Source: the human T2T-CHM13v2.0 reference genome, Homo sapiens. From it: a stretch of DNA of 64,000 bases. Positions 1-11,960 of this stretch are shown one piece after another. The notes beneath the pieces are model-generated. The model saw only the letters and a program-made list of their open reading frames with translations. It searched no databases and was not told the DNA's origin. The position numbers and the translations under genes are program-made. Positions within the stretch are counted from its first letter, which is position 1. Each line of letters opens with the position of its first letter. Location of the stretch: the NCBI RefSeq assembly GCF_009914755.1, contig NC_060925.1; one strand, written 5' to 3'.

Positions 1-502
1 GGAGAAACACAAAAGGCCAGGGCAATGGGGGTCTTTCTGAATTCACTCTCCCCGAGCTGGGCCAGGTCAGCATTGATGCACTCGCTGGAGTCCCGGCCTT
101 TGTCCTCTGAAGGGCCCTTGTCTGCTGGGCTATTGGGAGCCCCAACACAGCTAAAGAGAGTTAAACAATCGCAGCCTCTCCAACCGCATCTGGAGACAAT
201 TGGCTGAGTCATTTCAGAGCTTTTGCTGTGTGTCCCAATAGTTAATTACATGGAGCAATCACTTCATTTCACTTTGAAATGCATCTGCAGAGGGGGACAA
301 CAGATTTCTCCCTCGTCACCTGCATCCACAGTAGCCTGTGCGGCACTCACCAGTTAGCACTGGTTGAAACCTCTGGAAGTACAGAAGGGAAGGGGCTGCC
401 ACACGGAGCCACACGGCTGTCCTCTGGGATGGGCCGCAGGTAGGGCTCTTGTCCTGGGGCCCGAAAACCTCTCCCTACTCTTGGTTCCAGACCTGACATA
501 AT

Positions 503-506
<4 letters not shown>

Positions 507-533
<27 letters not shown>

Positions 534-534
534 T
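507..534. repeat. poly(T) mononucleotide tract
   Basis: Uninterrupted T run of about 28 nt. Confidence 0.9.
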
Positions 535-1399
535 GTCAAACTCAAGAAAACCAAATGAGGGGGGAAGGGGTGGCACAGACACTTGTCACTTTCTGCATTA
601 AATTCCCCAACATGAGACAGGAGGGGGCCCTGAGCAGCCTTGGAGGCTCTAAGAGCCCTCAGAAGTTAGAGAAGGAAGTTTTTTTCCTTGAATGAGCATA
701 GGGGGGCCTGGGTCTCCCCACTTCTCCTCCTGGACCTGTGCTCCTTTCCAGGCCGCCTTGGGGACCCCAGATGCTAAAGATGGAAAGGGAATTGGTGGCC
801 TACATCCCAGCTTGCGTAAGCCCCGCTTCTAAGTTGGTCCATGCCCTTCCTGGCAGCCCGAGAGCACTTTGTCCTGCTTGCCCTCAGAGGATAGGGTGAA
901 CCCACTGCCATTCCCCCTCCAGCTCTGAAAATACCTCCTGGTCTCTGTGAGCCCCTTTGGAGCCAGGCCTGCCTGAGGCTGTGCGAGGATGCCCAGACTC
1001 AGGGCTTGTAATCAGCGTGACAGGCTGGGGTGGAGGGTGGACCCCGAGTCTTCAGCCTGGGTTTCCGGGAAGGGTCCCTGTAGAGACTAGTCTGCTGTCT
1101 TTCCCAATGACCTTGTCAGATGCAAAGCACAATGACTTTAACTTAGTAGGGGAAGTGGCTGCCCAGAGATAGGAGCAAGAAGTGAGGGTAAAGTGGCGAT
1201 GGTGGGGAGAAACTCGGCTCAGAGCTCGGGAAAGGGGAGGGTGGAAATCGCACCAAGATCTCTCCCCACCTTGATCCTGCGCGACCCTCGGCCAGTGTAA
1301 GGCGAGTAGCGGGCCAAGGAGGCTGTTTGTGATGGAGGAGCCACGGGTGGGGGCGTCAGAAAGTAGGGGGATCATTCCAGGTGGGGAGACCACTGACCG

Positions 1400-2460
1400 A
1401 AAACGGGCCACAGGACAGGGGGCGCGGCGGGCAGTGTCGGGGTTGGGGTCGGGGGGCAACGGAGGCGGAAGTCCATTCAGTGGACCAGGGCGGAGCGACG
1501 CCTGAGAATTCCGCCCAGGCCTTGAGGCGGGCCTCGCCTCCCGCAGCCAAAGCAGAACATTGCGAATTAGAGCATTTTGCGGTCAATTTTCCACTGCTTA
1601 AGAAACACTAAGCTATCCACGTGAGCGTCCCCCCGCCCCCGGCCCGATGCGCCTGGAATCCCAGGGGACGGGCTTGGGAGGGGTGGTGGCCCTGGGAACG
1701 GCGGGTGTCGGGGTTCGGGCGGGGGCAGCCTCGTGGCCCCTTTATGGCGGCCCGGACTCAGGAGAGGGGGCGGGCCCGGCACCCAGCGGCGGGCCGCGAG
1801 AGCTGCGCGGAGGGCCATTGGTTTGCTAATGCCCTCGAGTTGAAAGGCGCGGGCGGCGGTTTATAGGGAAGGATTGTAATTAGAGGACAAATTGCCCCGC
1901 TGCCCCGCAGCTCGAGAACGCGGGGAGGGGGAGGCCCGCCGGGGCGCGACGCGCGCCAGGCCTCTGTGCAGATGTGCAGCAGCTGGAAGTCCGCGCCTGG
2001 CGGGGCGCCCGGAGTTTGGCCCCGAGGGGGCGGGGGCGGGCGCGGGCGCCGCTTTGTGGGGCCCGCACAATGCCCTTAACACTCGGCTGCCCCTTTTGTG
2101 CCCGGCCGCGCCGCCCGCCCGCCCCGCGGTGCCTTTATACCGCGCCGCCACCGCCCCAAGCTCGGAGCGAGTCGCATGGAGGACGCCCCGGCCCGGCCGG
2201 TCCTGGCGCTTCAAAGCTGCCCGGCGCGTGCCAGCGCCCGCCGCCTGGTCTCGGCCCCCGCCGCCCTCCCAGGCCCGGGTCGGCCCGGATCTGGCCCGCG
2301 GGCCCTGCGGTCCGGGCTGGACAGAGCCCCAGAGCTGCTGTTGCCGCTGCCTCGGCCTGAAAGGGGGAGGGCGTGGCGCGATTCTCCACGCTGCTTGGCG
2401 CCTGGGAACGCCGCTATCCTGGGAAGGGTAGGCGGGGGCGGGCTGGGGGGAGATGCCCTG
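1400..2460. promoter_or_regulatory. CpG island upstream of HES3 (candidate enhancer/promoter)
   Basis: Very high GC and CpG density with many GGGCGG boxes and embedded AT-rich motif patches. Confidence 0.75.
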
Positions 2461-3792
2461 GCTTGATAGAGCTGGGGGGCGCACCCCACCCTGAGTCCCT
2501 ACACAGAAGCCGGTTTGTTCATTCCTCTGCCACAGGGCTCAGCTGCAGAATTTTTGCGACTTCCCTGTCACCCTCAGAAGCAATGGGGGCTGCATTGTTC
2601 AGAATATAATTTTACAAGCCCCAAAAACTAAAGCCATGAGGGCCCATGGGAGGTGTCTAGGTTTGAACCCAGGGACTTCCTGGAGGTCAGCCTTCCTGTC
2701 CATCACAGCAGCTACAGTTCAGCCTCCTGGAGTCCAACCAGGGGGATGGCCCCAGAGCCTTGCTGTAGGCCTAGCCCATCCTGGGGCAAGTGCTCCAGGC
2801 GCCTCCTCCACTGGGTCCGCCGTAGTCTGAATCATAGATTGGGGTGCGGGCCCTGGATCTCTCGAAGTGTGGCCTGGAGCTCTTCCCAGAATGTCAGTGG
2901 TCTCCTGCCACCACCACCTGTGCGTGGAGCTGAGAGCAGGCTCATGGGAGTAGACTTCTAGTGCTTCTCCATGGGGACAGGGTCTACCACCAAAGCCACC
3001 CAGCCTGGAAGCCCAGGGCTGTAAGGAAGGGAGAGGCAGCCGTGTTCACCCCACCTGCCTCCTGTGGGAAGTCCGCGTTGGATCCTAGCAGTGTCAGAGA
3101 ACACAGGACCCAGGCTGCACCCTCACCAGGACCCCTCCCAATCCCAAGGCCCCAGCAAGGATGAGGCTGGCTGTGGCCCCGCGGGTGGGCTGCATGCTTT
3201 AATGGGACACAGGCTGCTGCATGGCCCCCGCGGGCTCAGCTTGTGCCTGGCTTTGAGCAGCCACAGGCAGAAAATTGCTGCATTGTCCCGACATTAGGGC
3301 AACTAATGCGGCGTTGCGGGTATAACCAGAGCATGAAGTGCATAAAGAGGCGTCGCCTTGGCATCTTCATCAGTCCCGAGGGAGCCCAGAGCCCTGTCAT
3401 AGTCAGTGAGGCAGCCTGTGGCCAGCTGGCCCATGTACCTCCCCAGTAGGTGACCCCTGGAATGCTTGCACTCCAGGGTATCAAGGACTTGGCAAGTGGG
3501 ACTGGAGAACTTACGGGGATTGGGACAGGATGGGCATGGAGGGGGTGGGCATGGCAGGGGTCCTCAGACTGGGGAAGTGGTGGAGGCCAGAGAGATAAGG
3601 AAAAGACAGATAAAGGGGAGGGGGGGGTCCCTCGGGAGACAGGGGGGGTCCTGAAGGTGAGAGGAAGCCTAGGCTATGGGAGGGGGCTGAGGGAAGGAGG
3701 TGGGGAGCTTCCCAGTGCGTCCTCCCTCGGTCCCCTCCTCCTCAAGGTTTCTAGAGTCCAGAGGGCCTCATTGACATGTAAACGAGGGTCCC

Positions 3793-3798
3793 TATAAA
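3793..3798 (+). promoter_or_regulatory. HES3: TATA box of HES3 proximal promoter
   Basis: cTATAAAgg about 30 nt upstream of a short exon that ends in AAG|GTCTGG. Confidence 0.75.
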
Positions 3799-3834
3799 GG
3801 CGGCGCTGCCTCGCACTGGTGCATGGACTGCAAC

Positions 3835-3885
3835 ATGGGCACGGAGCCTGCTGCCCGGGGCAGCCTCCCCGGCAACTTCCGAAAG
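3835..3885 (+). CDS. HES3: HES3 exon 1, candidate coding part (MGTEPAARGSLPGNFRK), long isoform
   Basis: ATG in strong Kozak context (aacATGG). Phase-0 donor joins exon 2 to give RK|ISKPLMEKKRRARIN, matching the Hairy basic region. Confidence 0.7.
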
Positions 3886-3994
3886 GTCTGGGGTCTTGAG
3901 GGACTAGGGGCAGGCACCCTTCCCCGGGAGGTGTGGGGGGGTGCCGAGGGCAGGAGGGTGGCAGTCCTGCACTCTAAAGGCTGTTCATCTGCAG

Positions 3995-4090
3995 ATTTCC
4001 AAGCCGCTGATGGAGAAAAAGCGCCGGGCACGCATCAATGTGTCACTGGAGCAGCTCAAGTCGCTGCTGGAGAAACACTACTCGCACCAG
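3995..4090 (+). CDS. HES3: HES3 exon 2 (basic region/helix 1; ATG of 186-aa form at 4010)
   Basis: ctgcag| acceptor and CAG|GTGAGA donor; encodes ISKPLMEKKRRARINVSLEQLKSLLEKHYSHQ. Confidence 0.97.
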
Positions 4091-4191
4091 GTGAGACTCA
4101 GGCGGGGTGGGGGTGGGTGGGTGATACGATCCCAACCTCCCTCTCTCCACCTCGGGAGGCCGGTCTAATAGACCTTTCCATGGTCGGGTAG

Positions 4192-4273
4192 ATCCGGAAG
4201 CGCAAATTGGAGAAGGCCGACATCCTGGAGTTGAGCGTGAAGTACATGAGAAGCCTTCAGAACTCCTTGCAAG
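4192..4273 (+). CDS. HES3: HES3 exon 3 (loop/helix 2)
   Basis: tag| acceptor and G|GTATAG donor; encodes IRKRKLEKADILELSVKYMRSLQNSLQ with the HES-type KLEKADILE motif. Confidence 0.97.
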
Positions 4274-4353
4274 GTATAGGGGAGGGCTGGAGGGAGGAGG
4301 GGGAGGCTTGTGGGATCAGAGCCAGGGATGCACAAGGCCAAATAAAGAGGGAT

Positions 4354-4411
4354 ACCTCAAGGACCGCTTGACCCCGGGCTTTTGAGACCAGCCTGGGCAA
4401 CATGGCAAGAC
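4354..4411 (+). mobile_element. Alu/FLAM fragment in HES3 intron 3
   Basis: ggaccgcttgacccc...tttgagaccagcctgggcaacatggcaagac. Confidence 0.7.
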
Positions 4412-4579
4412 AGCAAATATAAAGAGGACAACTCGGAGGCAGGTGCAGTTGGTGAGGAGGGGGCCCCAGCTCGCTAGGGGGCGAGGGAGGAGCAGTAAAG
4501 CCCGGGCTGGCTGTGCGATTGCAATCTGGGTGGTAGGTCTGGACCCCGGGGGAGACGTTCGGGTCGTCTGACCTCCGCC

Positions 4580-4735
4580 CTCCTCTTCCCTTCCTCAACA
4601 CGCTTCCTCCCTCCTTTCCCCTCCACCTCCACTCCCCTCTCCTCCCTCCCTTCCTCCCCTCCCCTCCCTCCCCCTTCCCCTCCTCTCCCTCCCCCTCCCC
4701 TTCCCCTTCCCTCTCTTCCCCTCCCTGTTTCTCGC
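4580..4735. repeat. C/T-rich low-complexity polypyrimidine tract
   Basis: Nearly pure (CCCT/CCCCT)n tract directly before the exon 4 acceptor. Confidence 0.9.
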
Positions 4736-4739
4736 GTCC

Positions 4740-6060
4740 GCTCTTCCCCACAGGGCTCTGGCCTGTGCCCAGGGGAGCCGAGCAACCGTCGGGCTTCCGC
4801 AGCTGCCTGCCCGGCGTGAGCCAGCTCCTTCGGCGCGGAGATGAGGTCGGCAGCGGCCTGCGCTGCCCCCTGGTGCCCGAGAGCGCCGCCGGCAGCACCA
4901 TGGACAGCGCCGGGTTGGGCCAGGAGGCGCCCGCGCTGTTCCGCCCTTGCACCCCTGCCGTCTGGGCTCCTGCTCCGGCCGCCGGCGGCCCGCGGTCCCC
5001 ACCACCCCTGCTCCTCCTCCCCGAAAGTCTCCCTGGCTCGTCCGCCAGCGTCCCCCCGCCGCAGCCAGCGTCGAGTCGCTGCGCCGAGAGTCCCGGGCTG
5101 GGCCTGCGCGTGTGGCGGCCCTGGGGAAGCCCCGGGGATGACCTGAACTGAAGGCGCTCCCTATTTGGTCTCGCGACACAGGGACTATTTTCAGCACGCC
5201 CACAGTGACTGCCAGGACCCCCCAGTCGTCCGTTCTGGTCGTGGGGCGGGGGTGGCTTGGAGAGGGCCGCGCACCCCGCAAGCGCAGGGAAATACCCCCA
5301 GCCCTGCCGGACTGGGTCTGCGCGTCTGGGCATAATCCACCCCCACTCTAGCTCCACCTACACACGCCGGACCGCTCGCTCTCCGCCCATCCTCCGGAGG
5401 GGCTGGGAGGGGGTGTCCTGGGCTGCGCCCCTTTCCCAGGGACCCCTGGCGGGCAACCCGCCCGCCCCCACCCCCGCCCGGTTGCCGCGCAGCGGTGGGA
5501 ATGTCGCAGTTGGCAACAGCGCAGAGCTGACCCCTCGCAGCGAGGAGAATCGCTGCCCCGCCCCGGACCATTCAGCGGACCGCGGGCGCCCGGTTCCCAC
5601 CGGCACAAAGCGCGCCTGGCCCCGCCCCGCCGGCAAGGGGCCCCCAGCCTCCCCCAACCCGGGATCCTCTTGACTTCCAAGGACCTCCTTCGCAAGCGGT
5701 GCTGCCCACCGGGCTGGCGCATTCCCCGAGGCCCACCCTTCTCAGAAGCCCCGCCCCTAAGATGCACCGCCCCAACCGGACGCCCCGCCCACGCGGTTCC
5801 TGGAAGGGACCCATTGCTTGGTGGCACCAGCTTGAAGGCTGCAAAAGTGAACCCGGTGCCTCTCGTGGGAGAGGGGAACGCCTTCCGCTCGACAAAGACC
5901 CTGGCCCACATTCCAAGCCCGGACCCCGTAGACCCCGCAGCTCCAGATCCCTAGGGCTGCCGGAGAATCCAATCCCTGGACGGCTCTCGGAGCGCGCTGC
6001 GCCACTTTATTGGTCCATAATGAGGTCACTGCTGCGCACGGACTTCGGTGGTGGGAGGCT
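4740..6060. promoter_or_regulatory. CpG island over HES3 exon 4 and 3' region
   Basis: High CpG density. Confidence 0.7.
4754..5151 (+). CDS. HES3: HES3 exon 4 coding part (degenerate Orange-like segment, Pro-rich region, WRPW)
   Basis: ccacag| acceptor, phase 1. 81+82+398 = 561 nt = 186 aa plus stop from ATG 4010; ends VWRPWGSPGDDLN-TGA. Confidence 0.96.
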
Positions 6061-6176
6061 CTCAAGTCAGATTTTCTTCCCCTGGGCTTCTGGCCCAGGA
6101 GTCCGGGCCAGCGAGGGGCAGCTTGGGTTGTGGGGTCAGAGATCCTGGCACCCTCTCCCGACACCTTGTAATTCAG

Positions 6177-6182
6177 AATAAA
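6177..6182 (+). terminator. HES3: candidate HES3 polyadenylation signal
   Basis: First AATAAA I found on the + strand downstream of the HES3 stop. Confidence 0.4.
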
Positions 6183-6533
6183 GCCAGCGCGAATCTGCGA
6201 AGTCGGTATCAAGAGGACACCAGAGGTCTAATGTCTCCCACCCCTGCGATGCCTAGTTAGGTGCATCTTTTGTAACCACAAATACCAACTTTCTACAGAA
6301 GCTCTTCTCTTTTTGGGCGGCCCTGACCTGCAGGGCACTAAACCCGTCCTGGTCCAAACGCGTGGAGAAGGACCCACGGTCCTTCAAAAACCCAGCTCCA
6401 CTGTCGCACCTAATGGGCTCGCTGGAGCTGGGGCGAGGGTGGGAGTCCCGGCTGTCGCCGTCCAGGGTGGCCTCTCCGGTCTGCTTCCCGCGGTGTGGGG
6501 TGGGGTAGAGGCCAGGACAAATCCCTCTGCAGT

Positions 6534-6547
6534 CCACCAGGTGGCGG
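6534..6547 (+). promoter_or_regulatory. CTCF core motif between convergent HES3 and GPR153
   Basis: CCACCAGGTGGCGG matches the CTCF core CCASYAGRKGGCRS. Confidence 0.65.
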
Positions 6548-6999
6548 TGTTGCACTGCAGACCCAAAGGTCCTTCCTCCAAACTCCAGGGCGGGCGCGCG
6601 GGGGGACAGGGGCTCGACAAGTCCCAAGCAGCTTAGGCCCAGCTCCTATTGCCCTGCCCTGTTCTGTCTCTTCAGTCAAGCTCACGGTGACTAGCAGCCC
6701 CAGGTGCCAACCCTGGGGCAGGGGTTGCCACCTGGGCTAATAGGGCCTTTCCTCCACTGGTGGGCTGTGGAGCCCACCCCACTGCTTCATCCTGTTGCTA
6801 CTCCAGGACCATCTCACTCCTCACTCGCTGGTGGGACCTGAGCATTTGTCTGAAGACAGAGAGCAAGTCCAACCCCCCAAAAATGTCACACTACCAGAAG
6901 AACTCAGGTTCCAGAGGAAGACATTAAGGGCAGCTGGCCAGCCCTGCTGTGGGGTTGTAGAAGGGTTTTCTACGAAACCAGCCTTGGAATGCCAGGTGC

Positions 7000-8981
7000 A
7001 AATCATAAGGAAGTTTTTATTGGGTCCTGTACAGAAGAGAAATGCTCCGTTGTCAAAAAACTACAAAGGGATCCCTGGCTCTGGGTGTGCTATGAAGACA
7101 ACTCCCTCCCCAGTGAGCCCAGGGAACAGGCTGGATGCTGGACAAAGTTTGGGAGGGAGCTCCAGGCCCAGGGTCCTCCACTTGGGGTCTCCCCCTTTAT
7201 GTTTGTAAAAACCGCAGGATTGGAGTATTTAGAGGACTCTGTCCCCCTGCAAGTATTGCCGTTGGATATGAAACACACAGAGCAAAACCCCAAGGTGACA
7301 AATGAGTGAAAACCTAAGGTGACAAGTGGACAGACGCCCCCCAGATGGAGGAGACACTGGCTAGCTGGCGACCTCTGCCCCTACGTAACTTGTCAGTCCT
7401 TGAAGGCACAGCAGCATTGGCCAGAGATGGCCCCTCCCGCGGCCAGGGCTGGATTGCAGTTCCCTGCCTTGCTCACCTGTGGCCACAGCTCATACCCCCA
7501 GTTACCCCACAGCCAGGGACTGGAGGGGCCTCTGAAGCACAGACAGGCTTAGGCAGCCTCCCACCCCCACCCCAGCAGCTTCTTCTGGGAGTGGGACCCT
7601 ATCTGAAGGATGAAGAGATGGGCTTGGCCACCTGAGGGCCAGAAGGAACTGGGCACAGGCAGGCTCTATGCTCACCTTGGAATTACCCCAGGTCTTCATA
7701 TTGTGGGGCCACTGTGTAGGGGTAGGGGTCTGGAGGAGACAGCCTTCTCATCTACCCTATTTCACTAGCTCAAGGTTATAGCTGTTCCTGGTTCTCCTTA
7801 GCCTGGGAAGACCCAGGGCCCATGGCAATGCCCAGGCCTGTAAGGGGTCTGCCCAGGATGGAAGGCAAAGAAATACATTGCTCCCAGGGGTTGGACGCCT
7901 GCCCGGGACCAGGCCTTGAGCTGAGAACCTGGAAGCCCCTGCCAGGATCCCTTCCTGGCCAGGCCTGCACGGGTGGGGAGTGAGGCTGGGGATGACGCAG
8001 GGACACGGAAGGCCAGGCCCTGCTGCCCTCGTGCTCTCCGCTTGCACCTGCCAGCGTCATGGTGGGAGCCATGGAGGGAGATGATGTGGTGGGGACAGGC
8101 AACGACGGCAGAGTAATGAGGGTGGGGACACTAATGGTGGTCAAGGTGGCTCAGGTGCCATTGGTGGTGGTCCACAGTGTTGTGCTTAGCTGGGGTGGAG
8201 TGTGGGTTCCCAAGGGGGCAGGGGGCACTGAGAGTGGGAGGCCTCAGGCCTAGGGAGCCACACCAGGCCACATGCTGAAAACGGACCTCCACAAAGGCCG
8301 CAGAGGGCTCTAGACTACCTCTCACACCTGGGCCACTCAGTGGCGAGGGCCTACAACCAAGAGACTTCAAACAGCCCTGAGAGTTAACGTGGTCACCTGC
8401 TCATCACAGATGGGGAAACTGAGGCAGGACAGGTCGGAAGCAGGGAAACCTGATCAAAGCTTGTTCGGGCTCTGAACACCCCTGTGCTTAGAGACCCTCT
8501 GTACCCTCCCCCCCCCCGAAGGGTGTGGCGGTTATGGTGCAGTGTGGGTGGAAAGCCCCTGGGGAGGCCAATGGCTCCAGCTCAGCCTCTCCAAAGCGGG
8601 GCTTTGTCCGATCCCGCAGTGGCCCTGTCTCAGGTTCCCTGCTCCCGACGTCCTGTTGCGCAGGGCTGGTGATGGCGCAGCTGGACGTGTGCACATGTCA
8701 CTCACTACCCAAGCCCAAGCTTGGGATGTCACTCAGCTCCCCAGGCCCGACCTCACTCGGCCCGGGACATGCGGTGCCCAGCGCAGTCGTCCGGGGCAGC
8801 CGTCGCCCCTGGGACAAGGCCAGCTGGGAGGAGCCGGAAGACAAACGCTGAGGCCAACGCCCCCTCACCCCTGGGAGGGGTGGCGCATGTCTGCGCGCGG
8901 GGCGGAGGCGGGCGTCTTTGGTGCTGCGGCCCCGGAGAGCGGCCTGGCCTGCCTGGCGTCCGTGGGGAGGCGCCGGCGGTC
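7000..8981 (-). other. GPR153: GPR153 3' UTR
   Basis: Interval between the stop codon and the inferred cleavage site downstream of AATAAA. Confidence 0.7.
7016..7021 (-). terminator. GPR153: GPR153 polyadenylation signal
   Basis: TTTATT on + (AATAAA on -), about 1.96 kb downstream of the GPR153 stop. Confidence 0.8.
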
Positions 8982-9650
<669 letters not shown>

Positions 9651-9885
9651 TCAGGACGCGGCTGGCTTTTACCCCGAGCTGCCCTCCTGGGAAACGGGGA
9701 CAAACCCTTCTCCACCCTGGGGAAAGGCCTTCCGTGGGTCAGGGACCAGGCTGCGCGCTGGGGCAGTCTGGCTGGGAGCTGTGAGGTTTGGTGCAGTCTC
9801 TTCGAGCCGCAGGGCTGTGTCAGACAGCTGGGGTCGGTTGGGGAGGGCGCTCGTTGAGGATACTGAGCCGGCAGGAGATAACTCA

Positions 9886-10302
<417 letters not shown>

Positions 10303-10981
10303 TTAGGGTCATGGAAACTTGGGGGCATCTGGGAGGGAATCCCAGGGATCCCCCTGAGATCCCCCAACAGACATATACAAGGTAGGGGGCTGGTTAGCTG
10401 AAAAGGGAATGGGAGGGGTTCTGGGTTCAAATCCCAAATATGCCACCCTTTAGCTGTGAGACTGGGCAGGGAGGTCACTCACTGAGACAATTTCCTTATC
10501 TAGGACATGGGGTGGGACCAGAGGTGACCTCGGGAGGACTAAATAACACACGCAAGGGGCTGGCAGTGCCTGGACAGAGCACGGGCTGGGCTGAGGGTAA
10601 TGGGATTGCTGGTAACGGTATCCAGACAGGACCTCGGTCTGCAGGAGCCCCCAGGGCAGCTTGCTGGGGATCCCTGAGGTTGGGGGGTGAGCCCAGGAGC
10701 TCCGCTGGAGCACTTGCAGACATGTCTACCCTGCTCTCTGTTAACCAGAACATCCCATTACTTGGAACCTGGGGCAGCCAAGCCAGATAGGAGAGTGCCC
10801 TGTGGGAACCTGGCTTAGGTCCCTTGGACATTCAAGTACATTTGGGGGTGACACGGGGTGTCTGGTGGTTGAGAATGAAGTCACCTCCTTAGTGGCGTTG
10901 CCTGACAGCCGTTTTCCTGCCAACCCCAATGACCTAACCTAGACGCCACTCTCCCTGGGGCCACTCTCAGGCCATCCTCAC

Positions 10982-11174
10982 CATCGTCTGACTCCTCGTC
11001 GTTGGCCATGAGGGCCATGCACTTCTCCCGGACAGCTTTGAGGTCAGCCCGGTAGCGGTCGCAGGCCCAGAGGAACACAGGCAGCAGCAGGGCCTGGGCC
11101 ACGGAGCACCACAGCACGCAGAGTGCCATCCAGGGCGCTGAGGCGTCGGCCCGCAGGCTGCTGAAGCTCACCAC
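10982..11174 (-). CDS. GPR153: GPR153 coding exon 3 (end of TM6, TM7, helix 8)
   Basis: ccacag| acceptor and G|GTGAGG donor; [42 protein letters not shown]... Confidence 0.95.
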
Positions 11175-11451
11175 CTGTGGGCACAGGGCTCGGCCTGGCA
11201 CCTGCAGGACCCCCCACCATCACACAAGCTCCCCCTGAGTCTCGGTCTCCCCATGTGTACGGCAGGTCTGACAGGTGGGTATCTGCCAAGGAGAAGGGGC
11301 CCTTGGGGAGAAAAGAGCTGGAGCGTGGCAGTGGGAGGCCCCGCCTTCCGGGAGCTACCTGGCTACTGGGCAGCACTGGGTGGCCTTGCTCTGTCTTCCT
11401 CCTGGCTGCCCATGGAGAGAAGTGGGGCATGGATTACCACCTCCTCCCCGC

Positions 11452-11960
<509 letters not shown>

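Noticed and set aside
3064-3070. RBPJ-like GTGGGAA upstream of HES3
   Set aside because: A single site far from the TATA box, not the paired-site arrangement of canonical Notch-target HES promoters; likely chance
4257-5357. 366-aa - strand ORF antisense to HES3
   Set aside because: Runs through the low-complexity tract and CpG island; no recognisable protein features
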